NCBI GenBank assembly: GCA_047495785.1
Contig: JBLDXI010000008.1
Location: forward strand, 13,987 to 77,986
Origin: Lepidodermella squamata
Taxonomy: Eukaryota; Animalia; Gastrotricha
DNA length: 64,000 nt
Direction: 5' to 3'
The notes beneath the pieces are model-generated. The model was not told where the DNA came from. It saw nothing but the letters and a program-made list of their open reading frames with translations, and made no database searches. Position 1 is the stretch's first letter. Every line of letters begins with the position of its first letter. Position numbers and translations under genes: made by a program. Shown piece by piece: positions 11,390 through 24,654 of this stretch.

Positions 11390-11841
11390 TCAACATTGGC
11401 GGACGCATACAGGAGAAGTCTTGCCTTGTGGAATAGTACATGTGCTGTATTGGGAGGAAAAAACACCATGATTGAAACGCAAGAATAGCCCGAACTTGGG
11501 ATGAAATTACCTTCCCGGGCAGCATGGCTTCTGGTCATCACCCTGAGTGCACGGCTGGCCAACGTAGATGCAGTTCAAAATGTGGTGATGCAACATGCTG
11601 CCCTGGCAAACGCCCCCGTTCATTTGCTTTTGACACACCCTGAAAATCGAAACAATTGAATTCGGTTGATCAAAGACAGCAGTTGAATATATTACAGCCC
11701 CGAGCAGCATTGGTCAGATTTGTTAGGATCAGACGGGTCGCAGTGTTCGCCCATTAGACCACAGCTGTGCCCATCGCAAACGCTTTGAACAGCAACGACA
11801 GCGCAGAATAACGCTAAGGCAACGGCAAGAACTGACTTCAT
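11390..11841 (-). CDS. Secreted double inhibitor-cystine-knot (double-knottin) peptide, 109 aa; exons 11841-11696, 11639-11511, 11444-11390
   Basis: Spliced translation: MKSVLAVALALFCAVVAVQS-VCDGHSCGLMGEHCDPSDPNKSDQCCSGLVCQKQMNGGVCQGSMLHHHILNCIYVGQPCTQGDDQKPCCPGSTCTIPQGKTSPVCVRQC*. Two GT-AG phase-2 introns (56 and 66 nt); AATAAA on the minus strand ~60 nt downstream of the stop. Confidence 0.88.
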
Positions 11842-12199
11842 TTGTATATTCAAGAGTGTTCGAGATGAAAAGAACAATATTGAGGCTGTTTTTTTTAGGT
11901 CTGCAGCTCTCGCGATAAGTTTGCGTTCATTTATCGCGCCTTTCATTGATAACAATCAATTAGCCTGGGAAAACGTGCTGTGCAGCACCAAGGTCATGGG
12001 CAAGGTTAGACCATTCAGACTCGCCGAAATATTGAAAATGCCACGCCCCCAGCTAAAACAGGGAGAGAACTCTTCGTAAACATGTTTTTATTTAGTTGAA
12101 TCGTGATTGGCTATTGTGTTGTATGAATACATGGAACTAGGCTTTATGGAAATCAAGGAAATTGAATTTTTTGAAATTTCATTGAGACCTTGAATAAGC

Positions 12200-12630
12200 A
12201 GAACCGACGCTTCCTACGTTTCACGTTTCATGGCAGAAGCTGCTTTCAGGTTTCGCATCCAGGATCCAAGCAATGGGTTTGTTTAGAATTTCTCTGAGAC
12301 AGCAAGCCATGAACAGTCATGACGCGTTCTGGTTCAATAAATGCTCTGAATTTTATTTTGAAAGCGTGAAAAATGGGAACAGACACGACGCGTTCTCTCT
12401 GCAACGCATTCTTTTTTCTGTGAGAACAACTTTCACGTTTCGCATAGAGGCAATGAATTTTTTCAAATTCTTTGAGAGCGTAAACAATGAACAGACACGA
12501 CATGTCCTATGATGTACATTCACTTTTCTGTAAAGGCCACTTACACGATTCGTATCAAAGCATTGCATTTTTTGACATTTCTTTCAGAACATGAGGCAGG
12601 AAAAGACACGACGCGTTCTCTCCGAAACAC
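12200..12630 (+). repeat. Degenerate tandem array of the ~120-bp-unit repeat
   Basis: Recurrent ATGAACAGACACGACGCGTTCTCTC and TTCACGTTTCGCAT motifs. Confidence 0.7.
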
Positions 12631-12869
12631 ATTGGCAACAGCAGCAGCGTAGCTGCTACAGTAGCGCCGGGGGAACCCATTGTACACGTGAATTTCCGTG
12701 AATTTGATACTTTGATTTGATAATACTCTGGGTGAGCTAAAAATAGCTACAAGAGAGCTAAAATTGTCTTCGACGCACTTGAAGGTGGAAGTCAGCCCTA
12801 AACTTGCATCATTTCAAACCAACAGCGGCGACGTTGTTAGAGACTTGTTTCACGCATAAAAATTTCGGC

Positions 12870-13466
12870 CTAATCAATCTTTGCAGCGGTAATGCTGCCG
12901 ATCTTCGACCCAGTAATAGCAGAAACCTTTGGCTCCGATCGCTTTATTGTTTCGTGAGGTGGTATCGAAGCGGTCTGGAATAACCAGCGGGTTGGGTAAA
13001 GCTGGGCGCAGCTTGGACCATCACGTTCTGCGATTGAGCCACGGCTTGTGGCGTGGCTTGAATCTGCGCTTTTTCTTGTTGTAATTGCTGCCAGTGTTGA
13101 AAATGTTGCTACTGGTGCTGCTGCCATTGTCGGAATGACCAACTCGGATCAGGTGCGAATCCCAGAGGAAAGACCCCAACCTGGGGCGCGGCTATTGCTC
13201 GAGTAGTCGCATAGGGCTGAGGCGTTGCGAAGGCCTGAGGCGGCTTAGAAGACAGGTTTTGCCAAGAGCCTGTCGTGGCTGCTTTCGGAGTCGAAGACTC
13301 TCGCGGAGTAGCATCATTTATCGAGGTTTCCAGGTAGGTCATGCTCGGCAACGACGATGAAACGCTGGAACTTTCCACGCTAGACGGCTCAGCAGCGGCC
13401 TTGCCATGCATTCTGGCCGTATGGATGTTAAGGATTGTAAGTCTTATTGCAAATATTGCAAAGCAT
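12870..13466 (-). pseudogene. Frameshifted relic: broken C2H2-like zinc finger followed by an S/T/P/A-rich region
   Basis: ATG 13466 gives MLCNICNKTYNP*; an adjacent frame gives LNIHTARMH, continuing into ORF 13109-13411; a further frameshift leads to ORF 12870-13142. Confidence 0.35.
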
Positions 13467-14284
13467 TTTCACTGAATAAATCCGAAGAAATGGCTTCACG
13501 GCGATTTGGTTACCAACTTCTGTGTCATTGCAGTGCATTCGATCACCATTTTATTGGTGTAAACAAGCTTATCCCGTGATTTGGTACGAAAATGTCACCA
13601 CTTTTGATTAGTTTATTACGCGTACAGATTTGATACGAAATGGTTACTACTTTGGTATGAAATGGTCACAAACACGAATTTAGGGATGATATGAATTTGT
13701 ATTGTTACGAAATAACCACGTTATGAATTTGCGGGTACGAACTTACACTAAATCCATAGTCATACCAGACGGAAAGTATCAGCTGCTTCCGATCACCAAG
13801 TAACTTTGTTTTAGCAAACTCGTAAAATCGCGTTAAATTAAAATCACGGCAGATTTGGTTTATATGAGAGCACGGGAAATGCTCGGTAATAGCCGGCAAA
13901 ATACGGTGAAAAAGAGAAACTTCATGGAAGAGTTCACGTGTTACGTGCTATTTCCTTATCACTTGGCTTCTTAATGTATGACGAGCCACTTGATGCAAAT
14001 GCCACTCTCGGATGAGCTCGAAGAACGTAGAGAACGAGCTTCGATTTGCTTGTCGAAAGTTTGAACATTACTGAACGCTTATGGAATCCGCAACGCCTGG
14101 TAGACGGCGTCGCCCGCAACACCCTCGTTGGGATCGTAGGTAATGGAGTTGTGCGGGGCAGCTCGTTCAGAAACCGTGGGCTTCAATACTCCGGAGTCAA
14201 CGATACATTTTCGTTGCTCTGAGACAACCATGGCGCATGGCGTCGCCGGGAGAGGTGTCCGCAACAGCCTTACTGTTTTCGCAG

Positions 14285-14808
14285 GGAGATACGGCGTTCT
14301 TCTCTACAGCAGTCGTCGAATACATGTGGCGTCCATTGGAGGTAAAAGGAATTCACGCTATCCGGAGTTCAATGTAAGCTAATTTTTCGTTTTTCTCCTC
14401 ACAGGGCTCTCTTGGACCAAATTCGTTCGTCGATTTGAGCGTATTACAGCATGTCATTGAGTTCCAGGAGCATCACATCAACAAGGACGTATTTGGTATT
14501 TGATTTGAGAAAGCGGCGAGAAATACTTGTCGCTAAGATTTACGGCCCTCGACTTCCAGATTATCGATTCCTTTGATTCAGACGCTGATAAACTAGAGCT
14601 CTATTCACGCCACGCTTACACTATTCGAACATTCAGTGTTGGCAACGGCATGAACTTGGGGCGTTTGGCTACGGTTTACGGTTTGGTTCGTATCACGCTG
14701 GCTTGTATGATGTTCTTGTATGTTGTGAACGCTGTGCGAATTAAAAATCGCGAATCAAGAAGAAACTATTTTCCGCCCATGCACAAAGGTTTAAGCTTGG
14801 CAATTTAA
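14285..14808 (+). CDS. Possible 3' exons of an unknown protein with a C-terminal TM segment
   Basis: AG/GT-bounded segments (GDTAFFSTAVVEYMWRPLE; GSLGPNSFVDLSVLQHVIEFQEHHINKD; IIDSFDSDADKLELY...LATVYGLVRITLACMMFLYVVNAVRIK...*). No recognisable family. Confidence 0.35.
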
Positions 14809-15014
14809 GGTTCCAATGTCTAGTGGTTGGAATGACTTCTTTTCGGCTGTGGAGGGATGTAGGCGGGTCATAGGTTGCAATTGCACATTGCATTGCGATT
14901 GCATTCAGCCAAGTTACGGTATGCTTGGTGTGGGTGCACACCGGCGGCATACAAACAAACAAACAAAGTTTTCCACGACACAAACGGCGACAGTACGGGG
15001 GTTCCCCCGGCATT

Positions 15015-15850
15015 CTTCACGTTTCGCAACCCGCTATGTAATGAATTTCTAAATTTCTTGAAGACCGTAAACAATGAACAGACACGACGCGTTCTCTCTG
15101 CAACGCATTACCGTTTCTGTGAGAGCCACTATCACCTTTTGCATTCAGACAATGAATTTACTAAAAATTGTTTTGAAAGCGTAAACATTGAATTTGCCTT
15201 CGGTCTTTGACAGCTCACAGAAATTTCCTTAATATGAACATTTATTTGATGAAATGGTTCTCGAGTTTGCCATTTCTCAAGCACCTTCCATGCAAAGTTG
15301 ATATCGACTGAAACAGATTTTTTCAGATAAAGTTTCATTAATCTGACGAAATAAAACTGAAATGTCACAGGTCACAATATGGCATGTCACACGTGCTAAA
15401 TTCGTTGGAATCGCAGGTGCGCTGCGAAAAGACGGGCTTATTTGACACCTCATGAAGAGTGCTTCGGTGAGTGCTCGAGTCCCAGTTGAACCATTTCTCT
15501 GATCTCAGACCCGCGTTTATGAATGATCGGTGCGAAATTAGCACAAAACACTGATACGACGAAGCAAAAAAGTCAGACGAAGACTCATTTTTAATGACAC
15601 TCGTAAATCCTATTCGCAGGGGTACATTTTTAAGCTTACAAACACATCTTCCTTCACGTCGGACAGGCCGACAGACCGACGAAACGAAACAAGACCCACG
15701 GCAACGGGAGTTCCCTGTCTCAGACAGACAATGATTTGTCCGCAACGCATTCCTGTTTCTGTGAGAGCCGCTTTCACTTTTCGCATCAAGGCTATGCATT
15801 TTTGGAATTTCTTTAAGAGTTTAAATAATTAGCAAACAAGACACGTCCTC
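15015..15850 (+). repeat. Further copies of the ~120-bp-unit repeat (15015-15195, 15715-15850)
   Basis: GTAAACAATGAACAGACACGACGCGTTCTCTCTGCAACGCATT..GTTTCTGTGAGAGCC shared with ~12.4 kb. Confidence 0.65.
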
Positions 15851-16036
15851 GAAGGTGTACATACACGTATACATTCACTAGGGGTGTCTTGCCCCCACCC
15901 TCACACGCAGTTTTAGAGGTCCAAGCATGAGGGCTCGAAGAAACAAGACGGGGACTTAACTTCATTGAAATTAACTTGAGCGCGTTGCAACAGCACAGAG
16001 GCGGAAGAATCTCATTGGAAATCCCGAAAAATTCCA

Positions 16037-18639
16037 TCAAGCGTTGCGAAAGCCAGCAGGTGTTGGAGCAGGTGTTCGTCTCTTATCCACTAGCTGTAAA
16101 TTAATTAAAAGAAAAACAAGATAGAAATCTATGGAAGTTGGAAATTTAGGAGTGTTACCAAATTTGAGAACGTATAAGTCGTGAACCAAACAAAGGCCAT
16201 AGAAATTAACGACATGATGGTAATCAAATTACTCGGTATCAGAAGTCCAAGAAGACCTGTGCCTCCCGCTGTAATCGCGATGCAAAATGATGCAAAAGAT
16301 AGTTTTTTCTCAGCTTGGTTGATGAAAAATCGCTTCTACAAAAAATGCACCAAGTTTCTTAAATGATTGACGACAATTCTGATACATACCGTTTTGATTT
16401 TGAAGCTAAGGAAAATCAGCTTCCAAGCAACAGCAGCAACTAACAAAATTACCGCCGTTTCTATGCCAATCGCAACATAGCTCGAGCCAAAAGCCAAATG
16501 ACATTCGGTCAAAAATGGCTGGTTGTAGATCGTTCCGTCACTGCTAGAAACGGGGAGGACCTTCTTGGCTAGATTCATTGGTCTAATCGCAAAAATCCAG
16601 ACAGCAATCAATAGGATCTCAATTAGTGCTAACACTCTACTGAGAATGTTACGGCTCTTACTCTGGGCATTGACTATGCCCTGGAATTTTATGGTAATCG
16701 AAACAAATGTGACAAAAAACCCGACAGCGTAGCAAAACAACCTGGTATTGCAGGTCACTAGCGCGTCCCAGCCAGCCGTAGGATAAGGGATGGTGAAAAG
16801 CCCGGCTGTGATAATCAAGTTACCACAAAACAGCCAAATTTCGCTCTCATAAACCTTTCCATCTAATCTCGGCGTAGATTTCAAGTATAAATGCTTCCTA
16901 ACGAACCGGCGGAATGAGGAAGGCGATGTTTTGACCGCGAATATTTTTATACCAATGAATACAAACTGATAGACTAGGGTAAGGCTAGCCATGGTCATCA
17001 AAGTGATATATTGATCAATTCCGAGCTGAGCAGCTCGGTATTCGAAGTAGCGCTTCGAGTCGAAAGGCGCTGCGCCATCTTTCGTGGTCCACCTTAATCG
17101 ATTATTGAAAATTTGAATCTCAGCGGAACTAATGTTGTAGATTGCTACAATTCGCGGCTGTCCAAGGACTAATACCCCATTTCGGTCTCGATGCGAGTCA
17201 AACCTACTCAGGGTGATTGGGACATATCCTCTCGTATTCATTCTCGTAACAGGGTCGAAGGAATACGAACCTTTCATCCCAGTCATGTTGATTGAATAAA
17301 TACTATCCTTCATAATGCTGATCAATTCAGGGTACGTTTCGCGGTTATCAGCAAAATCTGACAGAGTTCGATTTTGATTGATAAGGCCCTCCTCAGTTTT
17401 GTTAAGGAGAAGACCCATGAATAGGACAACATCGTAAATTGTGAACCGATAGTAACCCCAGAAGCCACTTGTTTCTGGGTTTACTATTTTTCGTTTCATC
17501 TCCTCATCCCATTGAGACGCGGAAATACCGGAACTATCTCTATGCTGAGGCCCGACTACGTCAACTAGGGCTGAGTGGCCAAAAATCACAGCGTTAGCCA
17601 TCACTTCGTTAATCATACCGATTGTGCACCATGCCGATTGTTCTGCAGGCACGTAGCCATTAGGAAAGCTGTCCGACCAGTACCAGAACATTGGAACGTA
17701 ATTAGGCCCGTACATGCCGTAACGATGCAGCCAACAAGCTTTTCCCGACGCTCGATCTGCGTCCATCAGAAAAATTCTCGCATCATGTGCCTTCAATTCT
17801 TCAAATACAGGAATCATATCGTTGTCAAATACAGCAGCATGCGATGACTTGCTTAGATGAATAACCGATATATTTCTCGTTTCAAGCATTGACAGTAGAT
17901 ATTTTTGAAGGCTGTCGTACAGCAGGAAACTCTCAGAAACAATAGCCACCCTTCGCCAGCTCATGGATCGGATGAACTCAACAGCTGCCAGGTGTCCAGC
18001 TTCAAATCGCTGGGCCAGGGCAAAGTGGTTACCAAAACGCTGCCTTTGATAGTACATTTCAGGAGAGAGCATTGACAACGTTAGGGCGAAATGATCGAAG
18101 TGCTTAGCCGATTCTGCGACTGTTCGAATCCCGACCGAGTCACAGGCCATGCTGACGAAAACCGGGAGGCGATTTAGGCCTGGTTTTATACCACGCATTC
18201 GAGAGAATGACTCCTCGATGGTCACATAGTCCATGCACTAGAGGTTCAAATTTAAGGCGGCTGCTGGAAAAATTGAAGTACTTACCTTATCGTCAAACAT
18301 TTCTACAGCGAGTTCGTAATTGTCGAGGAAGTTGGGCATGCTTTTCAATCTATCCAGGGCCAGCTCAACAGCTTTAGTAGCGATAGGGCCAGTCGCCATT
18401 TCTCCCGCATAACTAACGCTCGCCATTATAGTAATAAGCTTTCTATGCCCCATTGTTGATAGGTTGTAGGTGGAGGCAACAGCATACGGCGGGAGTGGCT
18501 GAGCATCGAGACGAACAAGCTGTTCCCTGGCAGTTGTTTCATTCATTGGAAGGATAATTTCTTGTTTCGCAGCTACAGCGAGAGCAAAATTCATAGTAAA
18601 CGCAGACGTCATCAACATAATACAAAAAATCCCGCTCAT
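16037..18639 (-). CDS. Class C GPCR, GABA-B-receptor-like (Venus flytrap + 7TM), paralogue A; 4 exons
   Basis: Signal peptide; AVELALDRLKSMPNFLDNYELAVEMFDDK^C; WRRVAIVSE; LKAHDARIFL; ACWLHRYGMYGPNYV; no cysteine-rich domain; 7 hydrophobic segments (TM6-7 in exon ~16163-16336); last exon ends LVDKRRTPAPTPAGFRNA*. Confidence 0.88.
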
Positions 18640-19056
18640 CGTTTCAAGATTTTGCTGAACTCAAATTTAATGGGTTGCGATGCAGTGAAATAGAAAGCAG
18701 GAAGGCATCGAGCGTTTCATATGACTCAACTTTCATTTCAGAGGTTGTTTCCAACTGCTTCCTTGCCGCCATTCCGTAGTAATGTTTCCGTTACGCAGAC
18801 ATCAATGTGATAGTTATCCGGTTGAGTGAAAATGAGCAAATCTGTTAAAGTTGTTGCTCTTAGGAAAGGAACAAGCGGAAACAAGCGATGAAATAACACG
18901 GATGCGTGGTTAGTTTGACACGATTTCGGGTTCGAATTGTTCATCGTTTCTTAGAAAATTATGAAAAATGTTTGCCGCAATAGGATTTGGGAATGTCGAG
19001 TCATTTCAAGCAATATAGGATATACACAAACAATTATGCCTTCAGTTCAGAAGCGA

Positions 19057-19536
19057 CTATTTATTGCTGATAATTATAAGCAGATTATAAGCGGCACAGC
19101 ACTTGTCAAAGATGGTTGATGAAGAATTGCCATGCTTTTCACATTCAAGCGGATCAAAAGGCGAGCAGTCAAGGCTTTCATTATCGAGACCATCCAACCG
19201 AGTAATCTTGGGTTTCGACTTTGGATCGCTTAGGAAATACAGCAGAGCTACAAAAAACCAGCCGATGAACAACACCAATGAAGTGAATGATAGAGCAACA
19301 GCTAATATGTAGTTGAAATGCGGTTTGAGCCTCGCCTTATCGCTTCGGCAGGCGTGATACGTGACTGGAACGCAAAACCAGCAGAGAAGAGGCGAGAAAA
19401 TTGACAAAATTGATAGTAGAACAGCCCAGTATTTCAGATTGCTCCGTTTGATCTCCACAGAACTCAGCTCCTCAGCCTCCAATTCGACAATTACATCAGC
19501 ACTCGAAGTTAAGGCGATACTTTGAGTTTCAGACAT
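19057..19536 (-). CDS. Small two-TM membrane protein with Cys-rich C-terminal tail
   Basis: Single 159-aa ORF with two hydrophobic helices (WAVLLSILSIFSPLLCWFCVPV; YILAVALSFTSLVLFIGWFFVALLYF) and a C..C..CC tail. Confidence 0.6.
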   Translation of the reverse strand: MSETQSIALTSSADVIVELEAEELSSVEIKRSNLKYWAVLLSILSIFSPLLCWFCVPVTYHACRSDKARLKPHFNYILAVALSFTSLVLFIGWFFVALLYFLSDPKSKPKITRLDGLDNESLDCSPFDPLECEKHGNSSSTIFDKCCAAYNLLIIISNK

Positions 19537-19741
19537 TGAAATAAAAGAATCATTTCTATTGCAGATTATTTCAAAAAAGAGAAGCTGATAATTTCGTTGA
19601 TTTTGATTGAAAGTGACATTGGTACTTTTTTAGTGACACGGAATGGCCTAATATATGCGAGGTCAGGACGCGCGCCAATCCTTGCATTGCGCACTTTAAT
19701 TCGCGCAACTCTTATTAGGTCATCGCGCACTTGTAATTAAA

Positions 19742-21198
19742 ATGCTCACGCTTAAAATAGCCGCCTTTATAATTTCTATTGCAACATGCTTTCCCGCATT
19801 ATTTTACCCGCATTTCTTAGCTAAGCAACCTGGGCTGCAGAAAATTCGATTAAAGCCGCCCAGCGAAAGTAGGTCGGACCTCATTTTTGACAAAATCTGC
19901 CGCCGTTTCACTAATGATCATCTCTACCTACGCCACAAGTTGCCGCCTAGCTATTATGCAGTCGATGACCAGTTCATTCTTATCATAACTTTCAACTGGG
20001 ACAATGCTTACTACGTCGCGCCCGTACTACAACAACTATACGCTAAATTCTTCAAAGAAATATATTTTTGCGGAATTTCTAACACAACAGAATTTTTCGA
20101 CCAATTATCGAAATATTTTGGGCAAGAAATCGCGGCTGATTTCACTGAACGATACATTGATTATGGGCAAAATCGGACTTTCATTGAAAAAGGATTAGGC
20201 GAAGGGCGGTTGAAATGCGTGAATATGGCCTTGGACAGGACTACTGTGAATCTGCATGCGATAAAAGGAGTTTTCATCATCCAGGACGATGCGTTATTAA
20301 ATGTGTGGAGAATTTTCGATAAAAACAGCCAGTTTGATTTCGAAAAAACCTCCGCCTACCCGTGGTTTGTTGTCTATGACGTGTTCACGAAGAAGAGTTG
20401 TAGCAGTGCGGAGCTGCGATTTATCGATTATCCAGTTGAAAACTACGAGTTGCAGCCAGGAAATTGCACATCAACAAACAACTGGTGGAAATTTCCGGAC
20501 GTTTATCATCACGCTTCAACCAAGTTCTATCACGTAAGTCATTTTTTTAGTTGAGAAGCCTCTCTGAAATGAAGCGACACTTTTCCGTAGCAACCATTGC
20601 TATGGATATGTGAAAGGGAGTTTTTCTAACTACAGACGCTTTTTCATAGCAACGGTTGCTAAGGAAGGGAAAAAGACGCGTTTTCTTAGCAACGAAGCTT
20701 TGGAAACAAATTCAAACAGTAATTTGAGTCTTTTCTTCATAGGATTTGCGAAATTACAGCAACTTCAACGACCAATACTTAAGGAGAGCAACTGGTGGCG
20801 CTAGCCGTGTTTTGGCTGGTTTCGGCGATTTCGCCTATTTTACAATGAAACATCTTCAATCCTTACTCCCTGCCTTTGATTTATCATTCGAACACCAACT
20901 GTACGACGAAATCGCTTTACCAACCATTCTAAACAGCGTTCTTCCACCTGAGGAGCTCAATTTCATCTCACCCTATGGTTGGCAGTTTGAAAATCGATTT
21001 ATTAGAAGAAAACTGCTACCATGGGAAGCGTTTGATTTGGAGAAAATGCTGGTTTTTCATCCTTTTAAAATGTCGAAATTTGTCGATTTCGCTTATCAAT
21101 TAAATGCTGAATTCGATGGAAATGGCGTGACAGGAAGGCGGAACGGCTATATCAATGACTTATCACTATACTGTGTTTTAAGTTGGCTCTCAAATTAA
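19742..21198 (+). CDS. STELLO/DUF288-like putative Golgi glycosyltransferase; exons 19742-20533, 20743-21198
   Basis: N-terminal signal anchor; FILIITFNW...LQQLYAKFFKEIYFCG, GVFIIQDDALLNVW, DFAYF...EIALPTIL and VFHPFKMS motifs match the animal DUF288/STELLO C-terminal domain as I recall it. Phase-0 GT-AG intron. Confidence 0.72.
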
Positions 21199-22944
21199 CG
21201 TGATTTTTTTGCATCGATTAATTCATGCTAAATTTACCCGCGGCTCATGAGGTCATAAATAATTGAGCTTGTTCTGACGTCAGCCGCAGCACTGCACCGG
21301 CGCCCGAGTTTCAGACCTAGAAAATTAGACCGAATAAAGCTTTTTACCTATTATATATTCGTGTAAAAATAGTGGGTGCACGAAAGTTGTGCGTAAATAA
21401 TTACTATTTTTTCGCATCATGAATATTCTAGGCCGTTGCGGCACGCAATGCGAAAATGGCCGGGCGCTGCCTGCTGCTGGGCGACACGTCCGCCATTGAT
21501 ATTGCAACTCGCGCTGCGGTTGGGCTTGCCGCGCGCGCTAGCGCTCATACTGCTAAAGCAATATATATTTTCGCTGAATAGAACGGTTAATAAAAAAAAT
21601 AAGGCCACCTATACATGCTTGTTCAGCCGAATCGTGCGCAGAGCTGCAGGTGCAAACCGCAAGTAGCGCGATTCTAGATTCTACTTTTTTTGTATGACAG
21701 CACTCAAAATTGGGGCGCGAGTCATCTCTGCCCTTGACACATCGTCTCTTGATTTTTTATTTCCTATTAAAAAAGCATTATTAGGAATCATACTCATTTC
21801 TCGACTGAAAATGTATATTTTTTTATCCGAGCATTCTACTCTATTTTTTCCTAATTTATGAAAATGCCACTAATATACTTTATCAAATTCAAGGATGATA
21901 CGAGCAGTTTGGCGTCTTCATCCTGTATTTTCCATTTAAGACTTCAAATTGTTCCCAATTTTCAGTATTTTTAGGTGGACTTGTGTTCATTTCGCTGAAC
22001 TAATGGGTCTTACTGCTCGTCGGACCCAATTTTGGGTTAAATTTGAGGATAAAGCCTTTCGCCTTTCTCTTCCTTTGATCGATATTGATGCACCCAGTGG
22101 TCTGACTGGGTCCAGCTCTCAGGGGGAAAATCTAGCAAAATTTGTAACTTAATTCTTTGCTTAGTGCAAAGTACTCTAACTAGTGAGATTAAAGAAAATA
22201 GAGAAAATAGAGAAAATGAGATAAAGAATAAAGAATCTAGGACAGAAAACCATCGAAACCATATTTTGGTCGACTCGATTAGTGAATTTGTATGTTAAGC
22301 TTAGTCAAGCTCGTGAGCTGAGTAAGGAAAGGTGCTTTCAGCCGGCTTCCAACTATTTACTAAATTTTTCCCATGAAAATAAATGTCCCTCATTTTGGAC
22401 CGAAAACTAACAAAATCACATTGATCGTTTACTATCAAAATGCTGCCGAATTTTCAAAATTCAAATTTTCGAGAAATAGCTGAAGATTACAGTTTTTGTT
22501 ATTCCACTTGTCCCCTTCTAACACTTCGATCATTGCTCTCAATAATTTTTAGAAGATTCATGCCGTTCGGGTTGACTATAATTCGAACTGTCCTGTATTA
22601 TGCCTCAAGCCTTAGACCTAAGTAAACTGTTTCTCGCGGCAAAAATTACTTAATAATATTTCTTTGCAAAAAAACTGGGGATTATTTGGTTTGGCAAGTA
22701 GCGTAATGCAACTGCATTTTTTGCCCGGACTAGGTCATGATATTCAAACAGACCGTGCAGAGTGTATATTTTACGCAACACTGGCCAATCACGGCTTAAG
22801 AATGCTTCTCACCTGTGTAAATAGCGAAATACAAACTGTTAACCTCAATTTTATTACTTTTTCAGGTAGGATTTTTTACAATGATATACTCAATTATAGC
22901 ATATTTGTCGATATAAGTCTTGGAGGCGAATTCAATTTCGGAGA

Positions 22945-24654
22945 ATGGCGCTACTTGCTTTGAATCGCGATCAGCTCGAAACGATTCGCGGCCACAGATA
23001 TGTTGCCGAAGACCGCAGTTTCCTCGACAATACAATAATGCCACCCTTCTGGAACTACATTATGAGATTCGTCCCTGAAACGCTGTCATCAAACCTCGTC
23101 TCACTAATCGGAGCTTTATGGGCTATCCTGCCTAGCCTGGCCTTGGTTTGCTACAGCCCTGATGCAAAACAAAGCGAAATACCACCCTGGCTACTCTACC
23201 TGAGCGCCTTAGGAATTTTTCTATGGCAAACCTTCGACGTAATCGATGGGAAACAAGCGAGAAGAACGAAAACTTCATCGCCACTTGGCGAATTTTTCGA
23301 CCACGGCTGCGACAGTCTGTCAGACCCAGCGACAGTCCTAATGTTTTTCGTCGCTCTTAAATTCGGCGAAAATTTGAACCTGCTCTTCATCGCCGGCCTT
23401 CTGAGCCCATTCTTTGAGTACAGCTTCTACTGGCGGGCCCATTACTCGGGCGGGTCTTACGTTTTCGGCCTTTTCGACTGCACCGAGGTTCAAATGGTTT
23501 ACATCGCCATGATATGCCTGCAGGCTTCAACTGGGCAGCTATTTTTCGAGGCGAATTACGTGCTTCAAGCTCTGCCGGTTGTCTTTTACTTTATTTACGC
23601 TGCTTACTTCTTCATTGATGTTTGGATCGATTCCATCGCACATTTTTGGAAGCATATTACAGGTATGTTGCTATGGGAGCAAAATTTCGTAAACATATCA
23701 TTAGGGGATAAATTTGCGTTATCCGTTTTGCGAATTGTGGGGATTGCTTGGGGTAGCCCGTAGCCCAGAATTTTGACCACGAATTGGATATCGCTGTCTA
23801 CCTCCCTCCCATCCGGTAGTTTGAAGTAAGGATTGCCACCATGTGGTTTTATAGCTAGAATCTTCCCAGATCTTTGCCGACTGAAGCAGAGATAACAGGC
23901 TGAGCTATCGAATAAAGGAAAGAGCTTCTAAACTGATCCACAGATACGAGATTCAGTAATCAGCAGTGCTGCAACCACAAGGAAAATCACCGAGGGAACG
24001 CGAGGATAGCTCAAACTTGAATCAGATTGATATTCCTTTCTCGGAAATTACTTCAGAAAATTATGCCATGGCTGGCCCACTTGGAATGTTAAATCACATA
24101 TTTTTTAGAGACTTAAGGAAAAACATGTTCTGAATTACCTTTTATCAACTTCATGAGATTTTTCCACTATTTTAGGTCGCGGTGATGAGACATCAGCCCG
24201 AGCCGTTAGCGCCATGGCTCCAGCTGCTATAACAATCGGCCTAGCCATCTCGGCTCGGTTGCTAGGCAACGGCGTCTACGAAGCATACCCCCTCGCTTTT
24301 CTTATCGTCTTCATCATGGCGATCGGCAAACTCTCATGCCGCTTAATTGTGGTCAACATGTCAAAATCTCGCCTCACAGCGCCCTTCAACTCAGCCATGC
24401 TAGCTTTCGTACCATTTTTCATGGCCAACAGCTCGCTGGACATCATTTCACCTCGAACAGCTATCACGCTATCTCTGGCCTTCGTTGTAATAGACTATTT
24501 CACCCAATTTGCGATAATTTGCTGGCAATTGGCGATATACTTCAACGTCAGCATGTTTACAATGAAGCCGAGAAAATTGCTGAAAGTCGACGATAAAAAA
24601 GTTTCGCAGTTGTCGCATAAACTCAATTATGTCGAAGTTTGCGGTATGCAGTGA
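22945..24654 (+). CDS. Choline/ethanolamine phosphotransferase (CEPT1/CHPT1/EPT1 family); exons 22945-23662, 24176-24654
   Basis: CDP-alcohol phosphotransferase motif DVIDGKQARRTKTSSPLGEFFDHGCD; N-terminal HRY..EDRSFLDNTIMPPFWN; phase-1 intron joins the two ORFs in frame. Confidence 0.92.

Noticed and set aside
12200-12630. Repeat array superficially like CRISPR
   Set aside because: Units are degenerate along their whole length with no unique spacers, the context is eukaryotic and there are no cas genes.
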